Assembly: GCA_951406725.2 (NCBI GenBank)
Contig: OX597823.1
Location: 24,304,001-24,368,000 of the forward strand
Source of the DNA: Octopus vulgaris
Lineage: Eukaryota
Direction of reading: 5' to 3'
DNA: 64,000 bases
Shown here: piece by piece, positions 27,661-40,459 of the stretch
Position numbering within the stretch: the stretch's first letter is position 1
How the letters are laid out: each line of letters opens with the position of its first letter
Program-made: the position numbers and the translations under genes
Notes under the pieces: generated by a model
Databases searched by the model: none
What the model was told of the DNA's origin: nothing
What the model saw: only the letters and a program-made list of their open reading frames with translations

Positions 27661-30600
27661 GTTAGTTAGTTAGTTAGTTAATTTGGCTCAAAAGCAAATA
27701 GCAAGGCCATGTAGGGGGACATGGAGTTAAGTACAGGGTGGTGTTCATGTAAAGAGTTTAGGCCACTTGAGGTCCAGGGAGGCTTTGAACAAAGCGGTCG
27801 TCGGCATCTTTACCATCTCGTCTGGCAGCTTGTTCCACGGATCCGCAACCCGGACGGAGAAAGCTCCTCTCCTTCGCAGGTAGAGCTTTTCGGAATGACC
27901 CCGCAGCCGACGCTCTGGAGCAGGAGTGAAGAACAGCTCTTTCGAGAGGTTACACTTTCCGCTTATGATGTTGTGGGCGAGAATGAGATCACCACGGCGG
28001 CGGCGTTTTTCAAGAGAATAAAGGTCGAGTGTCCTCAGCCTTTCTTCGTAGGACAAATTTTTGAGACCAAGAAACCATGCGGGTAGCCAGCTTCTGGACT
28101 CTTTCGAGATGCTGTATGTCTTTGAGGAGATAAGGAGAAGAGGCTTGAATCCCATACTCCAATATGGGTCTCACCAGTGTGACATAGAGTGGTAGGAATA
28201 TGGCTGCTGTGAGCATTCCGAATGACCGTCGAATCAAGAACACAATTCCACGTGCTTTGTTGGCAGCATGGACGCACTTCCATGCAGGCATGTGTCGGAC
28301 GGTTCAACAAGAGCCAGCAAAGTAGAAGACTACTCCAGGCTACCATGTCTGCTTTGGCTACTGTGTCATGCACACTGATGTTGCACATCCATACTGAGCA
28401 TACTACCTTCATTCCTCTCTAGCGTACGCATGTCCTTCACATTTAGAGTCCATGTCTCACTACCATGGAGTATAGCCTTTCATACATAAGCATCATACAG
28501 TCTACCTTTCACTCTGAAAGAGAGTCCTTTTGTTGCCAACAGAGGTAGTAGCTCCCTGAACTTCATCCTATTTTCATTCTATCAGTTCATCTCATAAGTA
28601 ATGTCTGGACTTATTTTCAATTTGCAAATGCTTTAACAATATTTTAGAATGTCTAATGGTGTCAAGTAATATTTATATGTATTTGGATATATTTAAACTA
28701 ATTAAATTTAATTTGGAATGATAATCTAATTGAAATTCCACTAATTATAGCTTTTCAAACATCAAAGTATCTTAGGAGCATTTAAAGCACATAATGCTTT
28801 ATGAGTTTAAAACAGGGAATTCTGCAGCTGAAGTGACTTGAAATATTTACTCAGCTTATGGCAAAGAGTGCCTGAATGGAAGAACTTGCAGAAGATGGTT
28901 TGTAAAATTCGGAACTAGAGATTTCAGCCTTGAAGATGAGACTCAAGCAAGATTTCCAATTGAATTTGATGACAAGCTCCTTTTGGCCTAAGTTGAAAAA
29001 CATCATACAGTTTCAGCTGAAGCATTGACAAGCAAGCTTCGTTCAAGCCATACAACTGTTCACTACCATCTTCAACAGCTTGGAAAGGTCCCAAAACTCA
29101 GAAAATGAGTGCCACATGATGTCTGAACCCAACCACAAATCCTGAGTGGACATCTGCTCTTTTCTTCATTCTCATGAACTCACTTCACCCTTTTTGGATA
29201 GACTGGTGACCAGTGATTAAAAATGGGTCTTTTATCAAAATGTTAAGCATCATAGACATTGGTTTGGTGAAGGGGAAGAGGCCTAACCATAACCGAAAAG
29301 GAAACTCTATGTGAAGAAGGTTCTTCTCTCTGTTTGGTGGGATTATAGAGAAGTCATTCACTTTGAGTTGCTGCCACCTAATGCAACAATCAATGCTCAA
29401 ATCTACCGTCAGGGTTTGAATACTGCTTTGAAGGAAAAAGGCTAGATTTAGTGAATTGAAAGAGAGTGGCATTTCATCAGGACAGTGCAAGACTCCACAC
29501 TGCAAAGATCACATCACAGAAGATCAAGGTGGATTAACTCTTGAAACAACTGAAGAAGTTGAAACTGACCTTTCAGAGTTCTTCTCTTTGAAACCAAAAG
29601 AGGTTTTCATAAATGGGATTAAAAGCTTACAAGTAGATGAAAAGATGTCATAGATAATTATGGAAACTATACTGATTAAATTTCATTAAAATGTAAGATT
29701 TGATTACTTGTTTTTTATTATTTAAAATCTGAACATTATTTATTGGATTAGTGGATAGAAACAATACTTTCAGAGCATCTACATCCGTTACTAGTTTGTA
29801 ACTAAGTAGCAGAAACTATTTACTACCTCAAAAGTGCTGCCTGGGAATTTGATAGAGTCTAAGTCATGTATGCTCTTTGTGTATATTGTTCCTGCACATC
29901 TGTCACACACAAAAGCAACCTTATCTGTTAATCTAGCTGTGATTCCACTGCATCTCTTATGCATCCATAGCTTACACTGGGAGCAGCAGATGGAATTACT
30001 TCCCATTCCTTTCCTACATAATGAGTAGGGCCATTTACCAGACAGAAAGAGAGTCTTATATGCTTTCTTGCTAACAACTTTAGTCTTTGCTACGTTAAAT
30101 TTAAAGGTTTTGCTTCCATACCTACATTTATCCAATTGTGCTTCAGATTCTAAAATAAGGGTGAGGTCATCAGCATATAGCAGTTCCCATGGGCATCCAC
30201 ATTTGAATTCCTCTGTTATCGCCTGGCGGACTCTGATGAATGAGAGTGGACTATATATATATATCAGTTGAATAAAGTTAAAACATGATCTGTTTTAACT
30301 TTATTCAACTGATATATACATTCACATGAATTCAAAACTATATGTATATATATTTTACTGGTGAAGGCTGGTTTATGGGGTTACCTTGGGTTTCCTGTGC
30401 AGAAAGGGTTTCCCATATATATATATATACATATATATAAGCATCAGTTGTGGTGTGCAAGAGAGACGATTGCGCTGGTATGGTCATGTGGCGAGAATGG
30501 ATGAAGATAGGTGTGTGAGAAAGTGCCAATCCCTAGCAGTTGAGGGAACCCGTGGAAGAGGTAGACCCAGGAAAACCTGGGACGAGGTGGTGAAGCACGA

Positions 30601-31528
30601 CCTTCGAACGTTAGGTTTCACCATGGAAATGACTATAGACCGAGACCTATGGAAGTATGCTGTGCGTAAGAAGACCCGGCAAGACTAGTGAAGCCATAAC
30701 CCATGGCCCCTACCTGGGACGTAGTCAGTCCACCTGTGCATACCTTCCTGCTTGAGACACTTGTGAAGACCTGTTGAGGCAAGTGAAAATCAAATCAAAT
30801 CAAACCAAATCAAAATAGATGAACATCAATGGAATTTGTATCCTTGTGGTGCCGGTGGCACATAAGAAAACCATCCAAATGGGACCGTAGCCAGTACCGC
30901 ATCGACTGGCCTCCGTGCTGTGGGCACGTAACAAACACCATCCGATTGTGGCCGTTCGCAAGCCTCGTCTGGCACCTGTGGCGGTGGCACATAAGAAAAC
31001 ACCGAAAACACCATCCGAGCGTGGCCGTCTGCCAGCCTCGTCTGGCACCTGTGTCGGTGGCACATAAAATCACCCACTACACTCTCGGAGTGGTTGGCGT
31101 TAGGAAGGGCATCCAGCTGTAGAAACACTGCCAGATCTGACTGGCCTGGTGCAGCCTTCGGGCTTGCCAGACCCCAGTTGAACCGTCCAACCCATGCTAG
31201 CATGGAAAGCGGACGTTAAACGATGATGATGATATATATATATATATATATTAATAGATCGGTTTAAAAGACAGAATCTATTTCAAGTGGGTATTCGACT
31301 ACTAGTAATGTTGGTAATATTATCTCACGTCTAAATAAATATAAGCTGAATAAATATTACTTTAAGAAACTAAATAATAACAGCAATAATAATGATAATA
31401 ATTCAAAAATTGTACTTGTAGAGATAAAAATAATTGTAAATTTTATTAATAATAATCTAACTTGAGTGACATAGTATATAAATGTGTGGTAACCCTAAAT
31501 GTAGATAGTAGTGGTAGTAGTAGTAGTA

Positions 31529-31567
<39 letters not shown>

Positions 31568-34500
31568 GCGAAAATCAAAATGTGACTTACATTGGATCAA
31601 CATCTAGTAAAATTAAACAGAATTTGTACTCTTTTAAGAATAAAAAATTGATGAACTCGACAGGCTTAAGTAAATATATATGGGAATTAAAGACTAAAGA
31701 TATAAAGTATAAATTAAAATGGGAAATAATATGTAAAACGAAATCATATAGAATAGGTAATGAATTCTGTCTTCTGTTTACACACGAATTTAAGAAAATA
31801 ATAAGAGCTAAAATAAGACTAATCAACATCCAGGATGAACAAAAAAATTAAATGTAAACAACATAAACTGAATTGTCTATTTAATAAGATGAGATAAAAT
31901 AAAACCCTAATTTTAAATCAAATAAAATTTAATCATAATACTTAGATATAATGTATAATCATATTTTATTATTTAGTATAACTAAAATATATCTACTTAT
32001 TTATATATAAATGTAAGATAATATTTGATTAACTTTTAATTTCAGATATTTTAGTTTCTTAATAAAAATATAGTATGATATTAGATGGTATTATTCTAAA
32101 CTTTTAATCTTAATTTAGAAACTCAAGTTTAAGAATAATTGTATAATCAATATATATTAATTGTATTATAATTATAAATATAATAAAAAATTAGATTTTT
32201 ATTGATTTTTTACGAATTTTATTGACTTCTGCCTATTTCAAAATATTTTAAAATATTTTAAAATTATATGTTGAGTAATTTAGTTTACCTATCTATCAAA
32301 GTTAGTATGTAAATAAAATTAACCAGACTTGCAGCTGCCCAGTTAATTAGGAAGAGAATTTCATTTGATGAGATATAGTTTGGTCTTGTGCAAGGGAGAA
32401 TGTTTTCCTTCTTGTAAGATAATTGCAGGAGAAATATTTAGTTAAATGTAAGTCATTGTACTTGGCATTCATTAACCTAGAGAAAGCCTTTAATACAACA
32501 CTTCAGTGTGTGATTTGGTGGTTTCTGAAAAAGTTAGGCATAGAGGTGACTTGATAGAGCCTTACAAGCCATGCACTATCAGTAAGGTGAAAATTAACAA
32601 TGAGTATAGCAACAAATTTAGAGTATACCAGGGCTTTATTCTCAGTCCTCTATTAGTCATCATAGACTTCTAAACCATAACAGGAGTTTAAGACTAGTTG
32701 CCCTTGGGAACTACTATATGCTGATGGCCTCTTTGTTATTGTAGAATCTGTAGAAGAATTACAATAGAAATTCCTGATGTGGAAGCAAAACTTGTATTTG
32801 AAGAGTCTCAGTGTTAATTAGTAGGCTTATAAAGAGACAGTACTTTACTCCCATCAGTTAAGTCACACTGCTCAATATGAGAAAAAAGGTATAAGCAGGA
32901 ATTCCATATGGTGTATCCAGGGCAAGCTAATCTATAAAAAAAGTACTGTGAAATTACAGGAAATTTAACAGAGTAAGTAGTTGATGTATGTGGAAGATAT
33001 GCAGGTGCAATAAACATTAAGTATGCACAGGAAACTGATTTTCTTCATTGCCCAGGATGGTCCTTAGAAGTATTAAATAGCTTCTATTACCTCGATGACT
33101 TAATTGGCAATGGAAGGACATGTTCTAAATGTATGCCACAAAAATAAGAATGGGATAGAGAAAGTTTAGAGAGTTATTATCTAGAAAAATCCTCCTGTTA
33201 CCTGCCATTTCTGCTCTACATTTTGGATCTACTACAACCAGACTTTGCGAAGAGCAGAACATTTTTTATTTTCCTTTAACTTCCTTTTAAAATTTCCTTC
33301 TACCTGGTCAGGTACTGGTCAAAATAGGCTTAAAATAAATAGCAGAGTTTCTACTACTATTACATTTGTTAAATTTCTTTTGTTGCAGACATTATGGTTT
33401 AGCTCAGAAGAAGATAAATGGAGTCTGTTCTCTACTTTATTCAATTGTTTGGTTATGAAATTGATTTATAAATATGATTACTGTATTAGGGAACTATGAT
33501 ACTCCAACCTTATCAGAAACATGTAAATTAACTGGAGTAAGATATGTAAATATCCATCATATTTGTACCTTTCCTATAATAATCTGTAACTACATACCAA
33601 TTTTACTTGGTGACTAAACTTTGGGATTTACAAATTGTACTCATATTTTGTTAAAGTACAGATTATCTGGATTTCTAAATCTGTCACGACACAATTATTT
33701 TAGCCAAGTTTCCTTTTCTTCACAGAGAGCTTACAAGATATTTCACCAGGATCCTTAATCATTTCCTTTCATGTGATATGTGTATGTCTGTATCTGTGTG
33801 GATGTCTTCAGTTTGTTACACTCAGTATCTTTTATTCTAAATTTGTTATTATCTCCTCATTCTCACCCTCCTCCTAACATATATTCACCATTGATACCAA
33901 TTTCTATTATCACTTCTAGCTATTACAAGAGTTGAATGTGGACCTCCAAAAGATGTTGTTGGTGCAAAGAAGTCCTACACTAACACCTCCTATAAATCTG
34001 AAGTGACCTACACATGTCCAGGAAATGAAATATTAAAATCAATATGCAAAGATAACTCTAAATGGACTCCAGTTACATCTGATTGTGAAGGTAAATAGGT
34101 TCTCTTTTGTTGTCTTTGCCTACGTATTTTTTAAAAAATTATTTTGTCAAATATTTTTGTCAGAGGAAGAATAGTTGAATCCATGACAATTTCCATTGTA
34201 TTTGAGGCTGGTTGGAAGGAGAGAGAAAGCTAAGCTCAGACCATATAACTTCCCAAACATTTGTGACAGAGTGAACTTCATTGAAACTATCCAAGGATCA
34301 GGTAATGGTATTAATTTTGGTGATAGATTAAGCCTTCCAGCCAAGAACAGCAAATGAGGAACCTTGTTCTCTCCAGCAGGCTTCTACTAGTTTCTGACCA
34401 TTATATTTCATTCACAAGGCTTAGTTGTAAAGTAGATTTTTACCCATGCTGCCATAAGTCCAGACAATACCACATTATTATTAAGTGAATTTATTACTTC

Positions 34501-37500
34501 CATAGCTCTACCTCAGCCCATCTTGGTCATTTTCCTCTTCACTTCTAAGTTGACCGTTTTCACCCATATTTTGTTTCATCCTCTGAAATTGTATATCATA
34601 AAACCCTAAAACCTCTGATGCTTTAATGATCTTCCATTTCACTATGCTAAATTATAATGAGACAAATAATAATAATGGTTTCTGATTTTGAAAAAGAGTC
34701 AACATTTATCAGCAGAAAGGGTTTAGTTAATATCATTACCAGCAATACTTGATTTGCATTTTATGTTATTGACCGCCTGCAAGAATAAAAGATAAAATTA
34801 ATATTGGCTGGATTTGAACTGAAAACATGAAGAGCCTGAATACATGCCTTAAATCATCTCTTCCTATAACCAACTAGTATACATGTATGCATTTAAAATA
34901 ACAGGAAGAATGACGATGAAATCCTCTTGAATGTAGAAGGATCTTTAACTAGGATCAATTGAAGAATCCCCACCATCAAAGATCACCATGAACTCCAAGG
35001 GCAAGTGTGCTCTCTCATTAATATTCTTTGAGATACAGATTTATGCACTCGGGGACTCATCCATTCTCATGTCACTGAATAATTTTTCTTGAGGAGAATA
35101 TCTTCCTCTCCATCCTCATCTTCTTTACAAGGGAAACTTTAAAAATACAGATTAGAGATTGACCAAAGAGGGAAGTCAGACCTTTCAGCCTCAACCACCA
35201 CACCTCTTTTGCTACAGCTACCAGAGGAAAAGCATCTCCTCTGCTCAATTAAAGTAGGATGTGGGGCAATCATCATGATTGACTTCACTGTTGTCCAGAT
35301 CTATCCCACACACAATAACAGCAGTTTGACATAAATATACATGTGACAACTGCTTGGACACTGAATGAGTGCATGTAAAACTTATTTGTTGCTCAGTGCA
35401 CATCTTGGATGACACTGTAGGTTATATGATTGTAGATTATATTTTGGACCAGTATACAACTTATACTACTTTGGCAGCACTGCCAAGGACTTCAGAAAGT
35501 GGTTCATAGTATTTCCTGACCAAAAATATCTTTGCCAGTCCATTCTCATTGATGCCAAGAGTGTTTCTAAGAAAGTCAGTGCTCTTTCCCCTACCCTTAT
35601 TCTCTATAGATCCCATTGCCAGATTTGATTTAGCATACTGAGTATTAAATTAGATAATCTAGCCATCCCTTTTCTAAGATATTGGAGTGCAACTGAGCGA
35701 GATTTTTTTAATATATCTAACATGTTGGGCATCCATACAGGGGGTTTGCACATTGAACTTACTATTGCAAGCTAACAGATCTGACACAGTTTATGGTTTG
35801 GTATAGTTTGTGCCTGGTTCAACAACACCACCTGGCCCATCAGAAGGTTATAGTGATGGTGGTGAACAATATTTGATCCAATGATAATATATTTATTAAG
35901 TGGCAAATATTCACATTGAGAATGGACAACACGAATCATACAAGTTTAGGAGGGACAGTAGCATGAATATATCATGGCATAGCCCCTTAAAAAATAAAAA
36001 TACTACCTCATTGTCGTCAATATTTTATTCATTGTTTATGGACATAACCAGTCATAATTAGAGAAAGTAACAAGACTGTGTGATATTCATGTCTTTTTCA
36101 AGAGCACTAACTGTATGTATGAATCAAAGTGACTTAGACTGAGAATCAAGAACTGATTATTGACTCACACCACTCATTCCATATTTGTGCTACAAGAACA
36201 ACTATGGAGAAATACTCAAGGTCACTTCTTGCATGAAAAGCAATTAATGAAGAGATTACATATTGAACCAAGTTATTATGATTAATTAAAATTTCATCCT
36301 CAGTGGGTGGTAAAATTATTATGTTAATAACTTATTCTGGAAAAGAAATTCAAAAGGGACGACCTTGTAAAGTTAATCACTTTCTTTCTTCATCTCACTA
36401 AAAGTATAGTTTTGATGAAATAAAATTTCTTGGCTTACTATATAGAGTTGTGAGTGTCTATCAACATTTACTACATTTTTGTATGTGTTCATTAGATGAG
36501 AATGAAAATGAAATTGCTTTTGTTTTTCAGATCAAAACATCATGAATTCAATTAAGTAATGGGCCTTTTCATGATTAGCTGTATTTATCCATTTACATTA
36601 TGGGTTCAAATACTACAGGGATATATAGAGTGATCCAAAAGTCATAGACCAAAACATTTGATATTTTATTCTTTATTACGTAGTTGTTGTTGTTCATTTT
36701 TCTCATCATGTACATGTGTATTCATTATAGATTTTTATCTATTTTATTCAATTTTAGAAAAATCGAAGCATGTCTTTGACAGCCCCACAGTCTTTGGACT
36801 TATTTTCTGCATCATTTTTGGCCCGTTCTGTACTTCACCTTTCATACTTTGAGGTTGATAAAACAAACACTGTTCAAGTACTGATCTTCACTCATTTTGC
36901 AGAATATGTGGCCTTGTGCTTAAGTTAGAAACTGTCATCATGAATGTTGTTACCATCAATAATAATTATAAATTTTCATGTTGTTAAGGGATTGACAGAA
37001 TCATTTGAGCATCAGACAAAATGTGTTGAGATATTTATTCTAGCTCTTTAACTTCTGAATTCAAATCCTGCTGATGTCAGCTCTACCTTTCCAAGGTCAA
37101 TAAAATAAAATACCTATCAAGTAGAGGGGTCAATTTAATTGATTGTCCTCAAATTTTTGTCCTTTATACATTAGAAATTATTATTATTGTTGATTTTGTT
37201 ATCTACATTTTTGCATTTGTCTCAATTTTACTTTAATTTCAGATGCTAAACTCCATTTTGTGAAAGTAAAAGATGCAATCCTTGATACACCTAAGAAAAC
37301 TTTGTGGAATAAGAAACATGTAACAGCAGATGAATGTGCTCATAAATGTTTATTTTATACAGATTGTTTAATATTTGAAATAGATAGAGGAAGTAGAACA
37401 TGTTACTTCTCAAAGCAAAGTGCAGCTTCCGCCAAGAAATTAAAACCAAAGAAAGGCAGAGATTACTACCAACGAATAAACTGTAATTATTCTCCGTGTT

Positions 37501-37736
37501 TCTCTTTACCTCTTTTTCTGAAAACTGTGATTTCATTTGTACTTCATAGTATACAGAAATCCACTTCTGCAAAGACAGACAAGTTTATCTATAAGGACAG
37601 ACATAAGTACATTCCAGAAATAAGCAATTTTACAAAGTGTAATAACAGCCATTATTAATTTTGAACATTTTGAGCATGTTTTCAGTTGTTTCTTTCTCTG
37701 TGTGTAAGCAAGGAAATTCTTGTTATTTTACTTAAA

Positions 37737-37792
<56 letters not shown>

Positions 37793-40383
37793 TTGATAGA
37801 ATGGATTGATAGAATAGCTATGGACTTGTACTTCTTGGAAGAGCAAAAGTGGGAGGGTATCAAGGTAGAAGATGTAAGATCTGCTCTCAGGAGGTCAAGC
37901 AAATGGAAGTCTCCAGGAAAGGATAAAATTCCTAACTTCTGGTTGAATGCCTTCCCAGAGAGCCATGAACTGCTAACAGAACTTTACAATGATGTTTTGC
38001 AACACCCTAGTAGGATGCCTGCTTGGCTAGTTAATGGTTTAACATTCCTGCTCCCAAAAAGTGAAGAAACAAACGAACCAAAAAACTATAGACCCATGAC
38101 CTGCTTAACAACTATGTATAAAACGCTAACATCTGTCCTGACGGAATATACCTATAGTTTTTTAATAGACAGCAGCATATTCCCTAATGAACAGAAAGGA
38201 TGTAAATGTGGATCATATGGTTGTAAAGATCAGCTACTCATCAAAAAGATGATTTTAGAAGATTGTCACAAATGACACAAAAACTTGTCAATAGCCTGGA
38301 TAGACTATAAAAAGGCTTTTGATGGCCTACCATATAGCTGGATTAAGAAATGCCTGGAAATGTATAAAATAGCACTTACTCTGCGAAACTTTTTGTCTGT
38401 AAATATGAGATCATGGAGAACCACACTAACTTTGAACAGTGACGTTGAATCTCTAAATGCTAGTGATGTAAAAATTTCATGTGGCATTTTCCAGGGCGAT
38501 TCACTATCACCACTCCTCTTTTGTTTAGCCTTAATACCTCTCTCAAAATTGCTCAATGATGCACAGTACGGATATAAAATGTTGGATAAAAATATAAATC
38601 ATCTCATTTACATGGATGATTTAAAGCTCTTTGCAAAAAATGACCAACAACTCAAGGGCTTACTAACGATTGTTAAACAATTCAGTGATGACATCAGAAT
38701 GCAATTTGGCCTCAATAAATGTACACAAGCTACCTTTATCAAAGGGAAAAGGACAGAAACATCTAACGTTTACTTTGACCAGCAGAATGCCATAAAAGAG
38801 TCAGACCCAGCAGAGTGCTACAAGTACCTAGGGCCAATTGAAGGGGACGAAATAAGGCATTCAGTGATGAAGGAAAGGATCAGGAGAGAATGTTATCACA
38901 GAGTAAGAGCAATACTCAAGACAGAGCTGAATGCGAGAAACAGGATTGAAGCGATCAATGCATTAGCCATACCAGTCATGACTTACAGTTTCAATATCAT
39001 TAACTAGTCAATTACTGAAATATGTAATCTTGACAGAAAAATACGAAGACTGTTGACAATGCATAGAATGCACCACCCTAAGGCAGATACAGAACAACTT
39101 TATCTGCCAAGAAAAGAGGGAGGCCGTGGACTTTTACAACTGACAATAACAATGAAGATTGCTACAATTGGCCAAGACACCTACCTGAAAAAGTCTGAGG
39201 ACTGGATGTTAAAACTTGTCTCAAAACATGAAAACAAGAAAGTAATAAAACAGGCAAAGGAATATCTAAGTGAATTCTGAATACAACAAAGTTCATACAA
39301 GAAACAAGCACAGAAAAAGCTAAGCGCATGAAAACCCGTACTAAAACTGCTGCCTTAGATATTCTGAATGATAAATGGCAAGAAAAACCTCTCAATGGCA
39401 AATACCCAAAGAGAGCAAATAATGCAGATATTGACAAAGCCCTGACCCATCAATGGTTAATGGCCTCTGGCTTAAAATGTGAAACAGAAGGGTTTATCAT
39501 AGCAGCTAAAGATCAATGCCTACCTACAAGGAACTACCAGGCCAACATATTAAAGAACGGCAGTAGCCCAACATGTCGTGTATGTCAACAACAAAAGGAA
39601 ACCATTGATCATGTTGTCTCCAAGTGCAGTCTTCTTGTGCCTACGGAGTATCTCAACAGGCATGATAGAGCTGCACAATATATTCACTGGGTAATTTGTA
39701 AAAGCCTGGACTTGCCCCATGATAGAAACTGGTGGGAACACAAACCACCTCCAGTGCTTGAAAATGACCACATCTCACTCCTCTAGAACTTCACCATTCA
39801 AACTGACAGAAAGATAGATGTGAATAGGCCAGGCATCATAGTAAAAGACTTCAGACAAAAAACATGCCTCCTCATTGATATGACTGTCCCAATCGATATA
39901 AACGTATCTGTCAAGACCTACCAGAAACTGAGCAAATATAAAGATCTGGAAATAGAAATCAGCAAGATGTGGAACCTGAAGATGAAAACAATACCTGTTG
40001 TCATAGGTGCCCTGGGAATGATAGCAAAAAGGGCTGATTGCTACTTAACTCAGATACCAGGAAACCCAAAAATGGCAGAAATTAAACAGATAGTGCTCAT
40101 GGGAACTGCTCATATCCTATGCAAAATACTTTCTATATAATCTCAAGTTTTAAAACAAACATAATTTTTGTATGGTTTTTTAGCCATTCACTAGTACAAC
40201 ACGAAGTACAAAACCAAATATATGGCACCCTAGGCATAACACCAACACGAACTTCCAACCTGTTGTCTCTTGAGGTCTCTGGGTGAGACTTGGAGCCAGC
40301 TTGTGCATGTGTAAAGCAAAAGTCAAACATAGAATAATAATAATAATAATAATAATAGTAGTAGTAGTAGTAGTAGTAGTAGT

Positions 40384-40459
<76 letters not shown>

